NCBI GenBank assembly: GCA_963806225.1
Contig: CAWDXG010000004.1
Coordinates: forward strand, 3,328,001 to 3,392,000
Direction of reading: 5' to 3'
Length of the DNA stretch: 64,000 bases
Source: an uncultured delta proteobacterium
GTDB lineage: Bacteria; Myxococcota_A; Polyangia; Polyangiales; Polyangiaceae
Shown here: positions 10,570 through 20,675 of the stretch, piece after piece
Layout of the letters: each line of letters starts with the position of its first letter
How positions within the stretch are numbered: position 1 is the first letter of the stretch
Notes under the pieces: generated by a model
The model's database searches: none
Seen by the model: only the letters and a program-made list of their open reading frames with translations
Told to the model about the DNA's origin: nothing
Program-made: the position numbers and the translations under genes

Positions 10570-11346
10570 ATGAAAGCGCTTTCCTCGATTCTTCTGGTGT
10601 GTCTCGCTGCCGGGTGCTCCAGCTCCCAGGCAGGTCCCGGCTCGCACGACCCGTATGGGGACGTCGGTTCCTTCTGCGAACAGTGGGGCAAGGCGGCGTG
10701 CAACAAGACGGTTGTCACCAACTGCTCTGCCGCATCGGCCGACAAGTGCGTCGCGACACAGAAGGAGTTCTGCCTCGCGCTGGTGTCGCCGAGCGGCTAC
10801 TCGTCCAAGTTCGCGAAGCAGTGCATCCAGGCGGTGCACGACGCCTACGCGGACGCGAAGCTCACGGCGAGCGAGTACCAGGTGGTGACCTCGCTCGGGG
10901 CGCCCTGCGACCAGCTGGAAAAGGGACCCGGGGCCGAAGGCGCCAGCTGCACCGACGACAGCGGCTGCAATACGCTCGACGGGCTGCACTGCGTCATCCG
11001 TCCGGGCGACAGCAGCGGCGCCTGCTACGTACCCAAGGTCCAGGACGGCGGGTTCCCGTGCGACCAACCCGAGCAGACCTGTGCCACCGGCTTCTACTGC
11101 GACGGTTCGAACTGCCTGGCCCGGAAGGCCGCCAGCAAGGCGTGTTCCGACACCGAGCCGTGCGTCGAGACCGCGCTGTGTGTTTCGGGCACCTGCCAGG
11201 CGAAGGGCCAGACCAGCGACTCCTGCGTGGATGACTCCGACTGTCAGAGCAACATCTGCGCCATCGCTGCCGGCTCGGCGCAAGGCGTCTGCGTCGACAA
11301 CATCATCCTCGGCCCCACCGAGCCGCTCTGCACGCACCTGCGCTGA
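10570..11346 (+). CDS. Cys-rich lipoprotein
   Basis: MKALSSILLVCLAAGC lipobox; many short Cys-rich modules such as CTDDSGC and CVDDSDC. Confidence 0.85.
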   Translation: MKALSSILLVCLAAGCSSSQAGPGSHDPYGDVGSFCEQWGKAACNKTVVTNCSAASADKCVATQKEFCLALVSPSGYSSKFAKQCIQAVHDAYADAKLTASEYQVVTSLGAPCDQLEKGPGAEGASCTDDSGCNTLDGLHCVIRPGDSSGACYVPKVQDGGFPCDQPEQTCATGFYCDGSNCLARKAASKACSDTEPCVETALCVSGTCQAKGQTSDSCVDDSDCQSNICAIAAGSAQGVCVDNIILGPTEPLCTHLR

Positions 11347-11350
11347 GCCG

Positions 11351-11395
11351 CTGACGGGGCTCGCCGCCGTCAGGTTCCGAGCCGTCAGGTTCCGA
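11351..11395. repeat. Hairpin plus 15-bp tandem duplication between convergent genes (possible terminator)
   Basis: CTGACGG-N9-CCGTCAG at 11351-11373; GCCGTCAGGTTCCGA twice at 11366-11395. Confidence 0.5.
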
Positions 11396-11531
11396 GGGGC
11401 TGTGCGACCGGGGGAAGCTCGGGACCGCAGCACAACAAAGAAGCGGGCCGGAGCTCGAGGAGGAAGGAGCTCCGACCCGCCGTGGGGGGCCGAAAACGGC
11501 CGGTTTCAGGTCAGGGGGATGTGCCGACGCC

Positions 11532-13037
11532 TCATGGGCACTGGCCGTTGCTGTCGACACAGATCAACCCACCCGTGCTGCCGGTGCAGCAGGCCGGATT
11601 GCCGGTGTCGACAATCACGCTGCAGGCATTGCAGGGGCAGGTCGAGCAACCCACCGCAGGGGCGTAGTCCTGGCACTGACCCTGAACGCAGATCTTGTCG
11701 CGACCGCACTGCTGTCCGCAGTTCCCGCAGTTCAGGTTGCTCGTCTGTGTGTTGACACACGCGGTCTTCCCGTTGTTCGAGCAAGCCGTAAGCCCGCCTG
11801 TGCAGCCACCGGAGATGCAGCTGCCACCCTGGCATGATTGACCGTTGGTGCAGGCCTTGGTGCAGCTACCGCAGTGGTTGGGGTCGGAGCTCTCGTCCAC
11901 GCACTGGTTGCCGCATTGGGTGAGCCCCGTGCGGCACACGCACTGTCCGCCGCTGCACATCTGGTCGGCGTTGCACTGGTTGCCGCACGTACCGCAGTGG
12001 TTCGCGTCGTTCTGCGTGTCGTAGCAGCGGTTGCCGCCGCAGTGCTGCGACCCTGTCGGGCACTGGCACTGGCTGTTCACGCACGCGCTGCCCGCAGCGC
12101 AGCGATTTCCGCACTGGCCACAGTTGTTCGGATCCGACGTGGTATCCACGCACTGTCCGTTGCACTCGGTCTGACCGCCCTTGCACACGCACCGGTTGGT
12201 CGCGCTGCACACCAGGCTCGGGTTGCCGCAGTTGGCGTCGGTCAGGCACTCCACACAGCGGCTGGCGGTCTTGTCGCAATAGGGCCGGTTGCCATTGCAG
12301 GTCGAGTTGTCCACGCACTGGACGCAGTTGTGCGTGGGCGCGCACACGCTGCGGAACTGGCTGGTGCAGTTCGCGTTGCCCAGACACTCCACGCAGAAGC
12401 CCTGCGAGGTGTCGCAGTAGGGCGTCGGCGCCGAGCAGGTTCCCGCCCCGGAACAGGTCGAGACGCACTGGTTCGTCGCAGTATCGCAGGCCAGGTTCGC
12501 GCTGCCGCAGTTGCCCGTGGTCAGGCACTGCACGCACTGGTGCGTGCCGGTATCGCAGTAGGGGTTCTGGCCGCTGCAGTCCGTGTTCGCGTTGCACTCC
12601 ACGCAGGTGTGCGTGGAGGTGTCGCAGACCGTGCGGTTCTGGTGGTTCTGGCAGTTGGCGTCGCCCATGCATTCGACGCAGGCGCCCGACGCGATGTCGC
12701 AGTACGGCGCGTTCGGAGTGCACTGACCGCTGGAGGTGCAGCCGCTGGCCGTGCCGCCGGTGCCGCCCGTGCCGGTGCCGCCGGTGCCCGTTGCGCCCGT
12801 GCCGCCCGTGCCCGTTGCGCCCGTGCCGCCCGCGCCTGTGCCGCCCGTGCCCGTGCCGCTCGTGCCACCGGTCGCGCTTCCGTCGGCGCCGGCGCTACCG
12901 CCGGAGCCGCCTCCGTCTGCGCCACCGGTCGACGCGGTGATGCCGGCGTTGCTGGAGCTCCCGCAGCCGCTGACCAGACCGGCGGTCGTACAGCCCGCGA
13001 TCGCTATCAATGCGAAGATTCTTGCTCGATTCACCAT
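11532..13037 (-). CDS. Cys-rich repeat lipoprotein (myxobacterial, Stig1-like repeats)
   Basis: Lipobox VSGC, GGTG linker, repeated CDxxxxxCVECLxxxxC and DPNNCGQCGNRC modules; GGAGG-like/AAGGA RBS region upstream. Confidence 0.9.
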   Translation of the reverse strand: MVNRARIFALIAIAGCTTAGLVSGCGSSSNAGITASTGGADGGGSGGSAGADGSATGGTSGTGTGGTGAGGTGATGTGGTGATGTGGTGTGGTGGTASGCTSSGQCTPNAPYCDIASGACVECMGDANCQNHQNRTVCDTSTHTCVECNANTDCSGQNPYCDTGTHQCVQCLTTGNCGSANLACDTATNQCVSTCSGAGTCSAPTPYCDTSQGFCVECLGNANCTSQFRSVCAPTHNCVQCVDNSTCNGNRPYCDKTASRCVECLTDANCGNPSLVCSATNRCVCKGGQTECNGQCVDTTSDPNNCGQCGNRCAAGSACVNSQCQCPTGSQHCGGNRCYDTQNDANHCGTCGNQCNADQMCSGGQCVCRTGLTQCGNQCVDESSDPNHCGSCTKACTNGQSCQGGSCISGGCTGGLTACSNNGKTACVNTQTSNLNCGNCGQQCGRDKICVQGQCQDYAPAVGCSTCPCNACSVIVDTGNPACCTGSTGGLICVDSNGQCP

Positions 13038-13076
13038 GGCGGTCCTTCTTTCGGAGGTTCAAATCAAGGAAGGGCG

Positions 13077-13763
13077 TCAACCGCCCTGGCATTCGTAGCT
13101 AATGCACTGACCGCTCGCGCAGTCGGCCGTGCTGGTGCACTCCACGCACAGGTGGAGCGGGCTGCAGTGGGGCTTGTCGGAGGTGCTGCAGTCGGGGTCG
13201 CCGAGACAGCGCACGCACACGCCGGCGGCGGTGTCGCAGTAGGGCGTGTCGGCGGCGCAGGTCGTGTTGTCCAGGCAGTGCACGCACACGCCCCGCGACG
13301 TGTCGCACAGCGGACGATCGCTGGACGTGCAATCGGCGCTCGTCGAGCAGTTGTCCACGCACTGTCGCGTCAGTGGATCACAGGTCTGACCTGAATCGCA
13401 GTTCGCGGGTCCGAGGCACTGCACGCAGGCGTGCGTCGCGGTGTCGCAGAAGTGCCCGTCGGCGCTCTCGCAACTGGACGAGTCGATGCACTCGACGCAG
13501 CTGTGGGTAGCGGAGTCGCACACGCCCATGCTGCAGTTCGTCGTGGTGAGGCACTGCACGCAGCGATGGCTCGACATGTCGCAGTAGCCCCGCGGCGACT
13601 GGCATTGGCTGTTGTCGCTACAGGCGTGTCCGCCCCCGGAACCGCCGCCGCCCCCGCTGCCACCGCTGAACAGCCCGATATCGCCCCCGCTGGAGCAGCC
13701 CGCGAGGAGTGCCAGGAGAAGGCCCGCGAAGAAGAGCAGGAAGGAAGAAGGTCGAGGGCGCAT
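13077..13763 (-). CDS. Cys-rich repeat lipoprotein
   Basis: Lipobox LAGC; the same CDxxxxxCVxCL repeat as the downstream gene. Confidence 0.85.
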   Translation of the reverse strand: MRPRPSSFLLFFAGLLLALLAGCSSGGDIGLFSGGSGGGGGSGGGHACSDNSQCQSPRGYCDMSSHRCVQCLTTTNCSMGVCDSATHSCVECIDSSSCESADGHFCDTATHACVQCLGPANCDSGQTCDPLTRQCVDNCSTSADCTSSDRPLCDTSRGVCVHCLDNTTCAADTPYCDTAAGVCVRCLGDPDCSTSDKPHCSPLHLCVECTSTADCASGQCISYECQGG

Positions 13764-13856
13764 GCGAAAATGCCGTTCAACCAAGTAGTACCCGCACCCG
13801 GCGCCCAGCAGGCAGCGCGCCGTCGCCCCGATGCGGCGATCGCCGGACCGCCGTGG

Positions 13857-15068
13857 CTACCCGCCGTCGGGATCCAGGGCCATCTGGCGGGCCTCGTCCC
13901 GGGCAAAACCCTCGGGGTGCTCGGCCAGGTAGCGGCGCGCGGCGCGCGTCGCCTGGTCGCCCCGGCCCAGACGCTTCAAGGCGCGGAAGCGTTCGACGCG
14001 CGCGTCCTGCTCGAGCGGTGAACCGGGATAGCGCGCGAGCAGCTGGTTCAGTAGCGCCAGCGCGCGGGCGTTGTCGCCACGGCGTCGCGCGTCCATCGCC
14101 GCCTGGAACAGCTTGTTCTGCTCCGACAGGCTGCTGGCGCTCGACACGTCCGGCAGCTTCGTTCCGCCTGCGGTCTTCACGGCCGGAGCGGCCGCGGCCT
14201 GCTTCCTGGAGGCCACCGGGCTCTTCGCCGCCGCGGCCGCCGGGTCGCCTGCCTTGCCGTTGGCCGCCGGCTCGTTCTTCGCGGCGGGCGCCGGCTCGTT
14301 CTTCGCGGCCGCCCTGGGAACCGAGGACCAGCGGGCCCCGGCCCCGAGCAGCGTGCGCGAACCGTGCGAGTCGACCTGGACCTTGCCGTCACGCACGACA
14401 ACGCGCGTCGTCGATTTCCCGGCAGCGTCGGGCTCGACGATCACCGTAAAGTGCGTCCCGTGGACCGTGACGCTCGAGTCGGGCGTCACCACCTCGAAGC
14501 TGCTCCCCGGCGGGAGCTTCGGCACGCTCACGTCCACGCGCCCCCGCGCCAGATCCACGCTTCCAGAGCGCCAGCCGGCGACCTCGCGGCCCATCGTGAG
14601 CTGGGTCACGGGCGACATCTCGACATCCGTGCCGTTCGGCATCCGCACGCGCGCGCGCCCGTCGCGCGCCGTGTGCACGCGATCGCCCGACGCCAGCTGC
14701 TCGGCACCGCGCACCGCCCGTTCCGCCGCCGTCCCGTGCGCGAGCAGTACCGAGCCGCTCCGCACGCTCAGCCGGGCGGGAGCCGCGTGGGCAACCACCT
14801 GGGCGGGAGTGGGGCCCGTCGAGTGCTTCGCCATCCAATAGCCCCCCGCCGCGAGCAACGGCAGAGCCGCTACTGCCAGCATCGCGATCCGACGCGTCCG
14901 GCGCGCCGCCCGCTGCCGCCGCTCGTCCAGCTCGTCGTGGAGCACCCCGAGGCGTGCCACGACCCGTTCGCGACGCAGAGCCGCGGCTTCCGGCTCCTCG
15001 ACGGGGACCACCGACGCGGACATCTGCTGCAGCAGCTCCTGCGTGGACGTGCTTCGCCTGGCGGACAT
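13857..15068 (-). CDS. FecR-domain anti-sigma factor with C-terminal TPR-like helices
   Basis: Single TM; FecR motifs GDRVHT, LARGRV, VTVHGTHF, VRDGKV; C-terminal EQNKLFQAAMDARRRGD...YLAEHPEG; start coupled to the sigma stop. Confidence 0.88.
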   Translation of the reverse strand: MSARRSTSTQELLQQMSASVVPVEEPEAAALRRERVVARLGVLHDELDERRQRAARRTRRIAMLAVAALPLLAAGGYWMAKHSTGPTPAQVVAHAAPARLSVRSGSVLLAHGTAAERAVRGAEQLASGDRVHTARDGRARVRMPNGTDVEMSPVTQLTMGREVAGWRSGSVDLARGRVDVSVPKLPPGSSFEVVTPDSSVTVHGTHFTVIVEPDAAGKSTTRVVVRDGKVQVDSHGSRTLLGAGARWSSVPRAAAKNEPAPAAKNEPAANGKAGDPAAAAAKSPVASRKQAAAAPAVKTAGGTKLPDVSSASSLSEQNKLFQAAMDARRRGDNARALALLNQLLARYPGSPLEQDARVERFRALKRLGRGDQATRAARRYLAEHPEGFARDEARQMALDPDGG

Positions 15069-15739
15069 CAGGGTTTCCTCTTCCGCGCCGCTTCGGCGAT
15101 ATCCTGGGTCATGCGACGGTGCAGTTCCTTGCGGCCGCGCACCAGTCGCGACTGCGCCGCCGCCACGGACACGCCGGTGAGGACGGAGATCTCGGCCAGC
15201 TCGTGGCCCAGCACGTCGTGCAGGAGCAGCGTGGTCGCCTTCTTGCTGCCGATCGCGGCCAGATGGGTGCGCAGCCGGGTCAGCTCCTCGCGCGCCCCCG
15301 CCTGCCGTTCAACGTCTTCTGCCGAGTGGGCTCGCCGCGCGGCGAGCTCCGGGTCGCGCCCGTGGTCGACGACATTGCGTTCGCGACGCCTCGACCTGAG
15401 CGCGTTGAGCGCGACGTGCGCGGTGACCGTCGAGGCCCAGGCCGACAGGCTGCAGGCGCGAGCGAAGCGTCGCCGGGCCAGGGTGATCATGATCTGCTCG
15501 AAGGCCGACTGCACCAGGTCGTCGTGGTCGTGGCTGCGACAACCGAGCACCCGGTACAGCGTCCCGTCCACCACGCCGATCAGTCGATCGTAGAGCTGTT
15601 CGGCGACCACGCGGTCGCCGCGCTCGAAAGCCTCAATCAGCTCCTCGTCCGAGGCCGGCCGTGCCTGCGCGCCCGCCCCTCCCCCGGGAACGACCCGGAG
15701 CCAGGAGCGGCTCTTCTTCTGGTGCGCGGAACCCGCCAC
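15068..15739 (-). CDS. ECF sigma-70 factor
   Basis: Region 2 DDLVQSAFEQI...LSAWASTV and region 4 LAEISVLTGVSVAAAQSRLVRGR; start approximate (GTG 15739), and the longer 410-aa ORF 5' extension looks spurious. Confidence 0.9.
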   Translation of the reverse strand: MAGSAHQKKSRSWLRVVPGGGAGAQARPASDEELIEAFERGDRVVAEQLYDRLIGVVDGTLYRVLGCRSHDHDDLVQSAFEQIMITLARRRFARACSLSAWASTVTAHVALNALRSRRRERNVVDHGRDPELAARRAHSAEDVERQAGAREELTRLRTHLAAIGSKKATTLLLHDVLGHELAEISVLTGVSVAAAQSRLVRGRKELHRRMTQDIAEAARKRKP

Positions 15740-15801
15740 ACTAGACAGAGTAACCGATCGGCCGTCGCGGCAGGCAGCCCGCACAAACCCGGCGCGTCTG
15801 T

Positions 15802-16743
15802 TCAGGGCAGACGCAGGCGCAGACCGAGACGCCCGAGCACGCCTGCGCCCGGCACTTTTCCGACCGGCTGGCCTTCGATGGTGATGCGGGTCGGGCTCTC
15901 CAGGGCCCAGGCGTCCGCTCCCGCCACCACCGCAACGAAGCCCCGCGCCGGCCAGCCTACGTCCGCTCCCAGGTGAAGGGCGGGCAGGAGCCGGCTCCCG
16001 CTGTCCTCGGCACCGCTCCGCGTGGCCGAGGCCCCGACCCGCTCCAGCGACGCCCCGACGCGACCGTCGAGCTCCAAATCCGCAGCATCCAGCTCGAGCC
16101 GGACGCCCAGGCCCGCCTGCAGCGTGAGGAACTGCACCGACAGACCGCGCACGTCGGCAGGCCGGGCTGCGTAGCCGAGCGACACGTGCGCCAGAAGCGG
16201 CAGCTCGCCCAGCAGGTACGCGCCCCCGGCAAATCCACCTCCGCGCGGCGCGCCGGCGGCTCCCAGTCCCGGCCCCAGCAGCGCGCCTGCCTCGATCCAC
16301 CAGCGCGGCGCCCTGACCGGGGCGGGCAGCGGGCGCGGCGGCGGCTTTCGACGAACGGGCTTCGGCGGCGCGGGCTTCGGCGGCGGCTGCGCCGCCGGCG
16401 CGGTCTGTCCATGCCCGGGCAGCTCGCCCACTAGCGTGGCGATCGTGAGGCCGACGGCACGCCAGCGCTCCACCGGCTGGTCCGCCTCCTTGAAGAGCAT
16501 GTCACGCATCAGCCAGCGCGTCCCCGGTGCGCGGCGCACGCCGACCTGCACCCGCACCGCCAGCTGCCGGCCATCCCAGGTCACGATCGCGACCGCGGCC
16601 GGGTGCTCCTCGGCGGGCGTCTGCCCGGCAATCACGCAGCGGCCACGACGCACCGCGTCCGAACACGCCGCCGACAACTCGGCCGGAAAACGCGGATGTG
16701 CGTCGGGCGGGGCGACCTCGATGACGACGACCGGCAAAGGCAC
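15802..16743 (-). CDS. Hypothetical protein with Pro-rich linker and beta-barrel-like C-terminus
   Basis: Alternating hydrophobic beta strands ending GRLGLRLRLP; co-oriented upstream of the ECF sigma; start uncertain. Confidence 0.65.
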   Translation of the reverse strand: MPLPVVVIEVAPPDAHPRFPAELSAACSDAVRRGRCVIAGQTPAEEHPAAVAIVTWDGRQLAVRVQVGVRRAPGTRWLMRDMLFKEADQPVERWRAVGLTIATLVGELPGHGQTAPAAQPPPKPAPPKPVRRKPPPRPLPAPVRAPRWWIEAGALLGPGLGAAGAPRGGGFAGGAYLLGELPLLAHVSLGYAARPADVRGLSVQFLTLQAGLGVRLELDAADLELDGRVGASLERVGASATRSGAEDSGSRLLPALHLGADVGWPARGFVAVVAGADAWALESPTRITIEGQPVGKVPGAGVLGRLGLRLRLP

Positions 16744-16837
16744 GTGGCCCCCTATCCTAGGCGAAGCAGCGCCCTGTGCCCGAAGGGTCCCCGCGACAGT
16801 TGGCTTTTGGGGGCAAACGCGCCAACAATCGGGCGCC

Positions 16838-17590
16838 ATGCGCCTCGCCCAGCTCGTGCTTCCGCCCCTGATCCTTGCTCTCTCGGCTGCCGCCGGCTGC
16901 GACAACGGGAAGAAGACAAAAGCCTCCGCCTCGGCCAAGCCAACCGCGGAGTCCGTCCCGACCGAGCCCGCCAAGCCCAAGGGCCCTCCGCAGTTCGTCG
17001 TCAACAGCGTCGGAGCGAAGGTCGGCTTCTCGCTCATCGTGCTCGACAAGCCCGACGGGCCCGGGCGCCTCGACAAGGAGCTCGCCGAGAACAAGAGCTA
17101 CATCGACGGCAAGGACGTGCTCGTGAAGGCCGATCGGAAGTCGAAGATGAAGTCGGTCATCACGATGCTGTCGGCGCTCGCGAAGGACGGGGCGAAGACC
17201 GTCACGATCAAGACCGAGACGCGCGAGGAGTATCAGGACAAGGTGAAGTTCACGCCCCAGAGCGAAATCACGGCTCCTGCACCGTGCAGCGTGGTGGCGA
17301 TGGTGCTCGACGACCGCTCGAGCGCCGTGTGGCACCTGTCGGGCACGACGGCGATCCGGCACGCGAAGGGGTTGGCGGGCCCGGACCTGTCCATGACCGG
17401 CGACGTGATCGAGCGACTTGCCAAGGGCTGCAAGAAGTCGTCGACCATCTTCGTCGCGGCCGCCGACAACATCGAGTGGGGTCTGGCCTACGACCTCGCG
17501 GCCTCCACGCAGAAGATCAAGAAGGTGAAGTTCGACCACGTCGTGCTGCTCCAGCAGGCACCGACTGCGGGGCGGAAGGTGGAGCTCTAG
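16838..17590 (+). CDS. Lipoprotein with ExbD/TolR-like domain
   Basis: Lipobox AAGC; VLVKADRKSKMKSVITMLSALAKDGAKTVTI resembles the ExbD periplasmic domain. Confidence 0.7.
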   Translation: MRLAQLVLPPLILALSAAAGCDNGKKTKASASAKPTAESVPTEPAKPKGPPQFVVNSVGAKVGFSLIVLDKPDGPGRLDKELAENKSYIDGKDVLVKADRKSKMKSVITMLSALAKDGAKTVTIKTETREEYQDKVKFTPQSEITAPAPCSVVAMVLDDRSSAVWHLSGTTAIRHAKGLAGPDLSMTGDVIERLAKGCKKSSTIFVAAADNIEWGLAYDLAASTQKIKKVKFDHVVLLQQAPTAGRKVEL

Positions 17591-17614
17591 CGAGCGCTGC
17601 GATCCGGGTCGCTA

Positions 17615-17652
17615 TGTAGCAAAATGTCGCATTATTGTGGCATTTTGCTACA
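17615..17652. repeat. 38-bp AT-rich palindromic element, copy 1
   Basis: TGTAGCAAAATGTCGCATTATTGTGGCATTTTGCTACA; 34/38 identical to the copy at 59769-59806. Confidence 0.9.
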
Positions 17653-17718
17653 TATTTCTGGCGCAGCGCGTCGAAGCGGCCCTCGCGGGCGGACCGGGCC
17701 GCCGGTATAGTCGGCACC

Positions 17719-18327
17719 GTGAAGTTCAGGACGCTGCTGCTCGGGCATCACGACGAACATGCCGTCGCGCGCATCGGCGAGGCGCTCGATCGCATGGATC
17801 ACGCAAACCGGCTGTGGACTGTACTCAGCATCAAGCCGGCCGAGCAGCGGGTGCTCTGGGATCTGATGAAGGGCCACGAGATCTCGGCGGAGCACTTCGT
17901 TCCGTCCGGCACCGAGCCGCTCACCGAGGTCATCCATCACGGCAAGAACTCGCTGCCCTCCGCCAACTTCTTCCAGAAGCGCTTCGCCCTGGCGGACGAC
18001 GACTCGGGCGAGCTCTGGGGCTACAACCACCAGGGGCTGAGCGGCGTGACCGGTCCGGGCTACTTCGTGGCGCACACCACCGAGGACGAGAAGGATCCAC
18101 CCGGCAGCTACGTCATCGACTACACGCGCATCCCGCCGAAGAAGCCAGAGAGCTGGCCCGCCATCCTCACCAACGAGAAGAAGCTCGGTCGCTTCGTCTA
18201 CTCCGGCACGAAGGACTACATGCGCAAGGTGTCCGAACACGTCTCCATCGGGCGGGCCCACAAGGCGGGCGAACCGATGAACGCCTGGTTCGTCCTGTGC
18301 CGCGAGGACAGCGAACCGGACAGCTAG
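17719..18327 (+). CDS. Hypothetical protein
   Basis: Genome-typical codon usage and globular composition (FQKRF, WGYN, GPGYF, YMRKVS); GTG start inferred. Confidence 0.8.
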   Translation: MKFRTLLLGHHDEHAVARIGEALDRMDHANRLWTVLSIKPAEQRVLWDLMKGHEISAEHFVPSGTEPLTEVIHHGKNSLPSANFFQKRFALADDDSGELWGYNHQGLSGVTGPGYFVAHTTEDEKDPPGSYVIDYTRIPPKKPESWPAILTNEKKLGRFVYSGTKDYMRKVSEHVSIGRAHKAGEPMNAWFVLCREDSEPDS

Positions 18328-18356
18328 GGGAGCCGCGCGCGAGTGCGAGGCGGACG

Positions 18357-20675
18357 CTAGCGGTCCTGGGCAAGCAGCGCTTCCACCTGCGCGATGTCGA
18401 ACGGCTTCTCCAGGTGCGGCCCCTCGTAGCTCTCGAGAAACTCCCGCGCCCGCTCGGTGAATGCGCCTCCCGTCATGAAGACGAAGCGCCGCGCCAGCTC
18501 CGGGTCGGCGTCCCGGATCTGTTCGTAGACGGCGATGCCGCTGATATCCGGCATCATCAGGTCGCAGAGGACGAGGTCGAAGTTCTTGTCCTCCGAGAGG
18601 CGCGAGAGCGCCTCACTGCCGCTGGTCACCACGACGATGTCGTGCCGCGCCGTGAAGGCGAGGCGCAGCGTCTGGCCCAGCAGTGGCTCGTCGTCGATCA
18701 CGAGGATGCGCTTGCCGCTGGCGACGTCGGGTGCTCTCTGCCGGGCACGCTCGCTCGGGGCCTGCTCCGGAGCGACCGGCAGCTCCACGCGGAAGCGACT
18801 TCCTTTCCCCGGCTCGCTCTGGGCGCTGATGCTGCCTCCGAGCGCGGTCACGATGCCGTGACAGATGCTGAGCCCGAGCCCCGTACCGACCCCCATCGGT
18901 TTGGTCGTGTAGAACGGCTCGAAGATGCGGCGCAGGTCCTCGTCGGGAATGCCCGAACCGGTGTCCTCCACGTCCACGCGCACCTTCCCCTTGCCCGACG
19001 AGGTGACGATGCGGATCTCGCTCTTGTCGGCCTGCCCCTCCGGGATGGCCTGCGCCGCGTTGACCAGCAGATTGACGAACACCTGTCCGAGCCGCGCCTG
19101 ATCGGCGAGCACCGCCGGTACTCCGCCGTAGTTCTTGACCAGACGGGCGCGGTGCCGGATCTCGTTCCACACCAGATTCACGCTGGAGTCGAGCACGCCT
19201 TCCACGTCGACCGCGATCGGTTCGTCCGACTCGGCGCGCGAGAACGTCATCAGATCGCGCACGATGATGCGCACGCGGTCGGCGCCGTCGTGTGCGTTCC
19301 CCAGGCAATCCGAGAGCGCGCGGAGCGTGGCGCGTACATCCGGTTCGTCACCAACGATCTGTCCCAGACTATCCACATGCCGGGCGCATAGATCCATGCT
19401 GCCGAGCACATAGGCCAGCGGATTGTTGATCTCGTGGGCAACCCCCGCAGCCAGCGTGCCCACCGAAGCCATGCGGTCGGCCTGCGCCAGGCGCGCGGCC
19501 AGCTCTTTGCGTTCTGACAGATCGCGCGCGAAGAGCAGCACCGCTGGCTCGCCGTCGAAGTCGATCGGCAGCGTCGCGATCTCGACCCAGAGCCCGCTGC
19601 CGTCGCGCCGAAGCAGCTGTTTCTCCCGCGGCGGGATGGGCTGCCAGGAGGCCAGCATGACGCGCGTGTGCTCGTTGAACTGTTCGCGGTAGTCCGGATG
19701 GATCAAGTCGCGGATGTCGCGGCCGAGCAGCTGCTCCTGGTCGTCGAAACCGAGCTCGGACACGAACGCCGGATTGACGAACACCAGCCGGTCGTCGCGA
19801 TAGACCGCGATGCCGTCGGGCGCGGCCTCGATCAGTGTCCTGAAGGCGGCCTCGGAGCGGCGCACCGCGCGCTCGGCTTCCCGCCGATCGGTGATGTCCT
19901 CGACGATGCCGACGCCGCCGAGCGCTGCGCCCTGTTCCGACAGGACCGGAGCGAAGTCGACACGAACCGGCGTCACCTTCTGCGCGGTTACCGACCGGTA
20001 GTCGCCTTCGTAGTATGCGCGGTGGCCCTCGAGCGCGCGCCGCACCGACTCGGCGATACCGCGATCGGGCAGCGTTTCCATGTCCAGGCCGACCACAACG
20101 CGCCTGGACGAGCCGATGATGTCGACGAAGTTGTCGTTGCAGGCGGTGATCACCCCGCGTGCGTCGAAGTGGAAGATACCGAGCGGAGCGTTTTCGAAGA
20201 TGAGGCGCAGCGTCTCGTGCTGTGTGTCCTCGGGGGCTGCGGAAGGCGGCGCGTTGCTGTCGCCGACGAGATCCTCGCGGGTTGGCAGCTGCTCGGACTC
20301 GGTCAGATGCCTGAGACAGAAGACGTCCAGCTCGTCCGTCGAGACTGCGGCCCTGGCGGCAGAGAATTCCACATTGATCTCGACGCCGTCCTGGCGCAGC
20401 ACAGGAGCGCGCAGACCCGCGCCCCGTGCGTTCTGGCTGACCTCCACCACATGTCGATGGAAGCTCTGCCCGCCCATGCGCCGGAACCGCTTGGGAACGA
20501 TCGTCTCCAGCGGTCGCCCGAGGAGCTCGGCGCCGGACCAACCCAGCAGTCGCTCCGCAACCGGGTTCAGGTACACGATCCCCTCGGCCACGTTGCACGC
20601 GATCACCGGATCGGCCACCGCCGCCAGCACCAGCCGGATATCCTCGTCGTCGAGTGGCTTCGGGTCCCCCGCCAT
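18357..20675 (-). CDS. Multi-PAS hybrid histidine kinase
   Basis: Three PAS-like segments, GVAHEINNPL, NLLVNAAQA, DTGSGI, FYTTKPMGVGTGLGL, REC ILVIDDE and LCDLMMP; likely start MAGDP at 20675. Confidence 0.95.
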   Translation of the reverse strand: MAGDPKPLDDEDIRLVLAAVADPVIACNVAEGIVYLNPVAERLLGWSGAELLGRPLETIVPKRFRRMGGQSFHRHVVEVSQNARGAGLRAPVLRQDGVEINVEFSAARAAVSTDELDVFCLRHLTESEQLPTREDLVGDSNAPPSAAPEDTQHETLRLIFENAPLGIFHFDARGVITACNDNFVDIIGSSRRVVVGLDMETLPDRGIAESVRRALEGHRAYYEGDYRSVTAQKVTPVRVDFAPVLSEQGAALGGVGIVEDITDRREAERAVRRSEAAFRTLIEAAPDGIAVYRDDRLVFVNPAFVSELGFDDQEQLLGRDIRDLIHPDYREQFNEHTRVMLASWQPIPPREKQLLRRDGSGLWVEIATLPIDFDGEPAVLLFARDLSERKELAARLAQADRMASVGTLAAGVAHEINNPLAYVLGSMDLCARHVDSLGQIVGDEPDVRATLRALSDCLGNAHDGADRVRIIVRDLMTFSRAESDEPIAVDVEGVLDSSVNLVWNEIRHRARLVKNYGGVPAVLADQARLGQVFVNLLVNAAQAIPEGQADKSEIRIVTSSGKGKVRVDVEDTGSGIPDEDLRRIFEPFYTTKPMGVGTGLGLSICHGIVTALGGSISAQSEPGKGSRFRVELPVAPEQAPSERARQRAPDVASGKRILVIDDEPLLGQTLRLAFTARHDIVVVTSGSEALSRLSEDKNFDLVLCDLMMPDISGIAVYEQIRDADPELARRFVFMTGGAFTERAREFLESYEGPHLEKPFDIAQVEALLAQDR

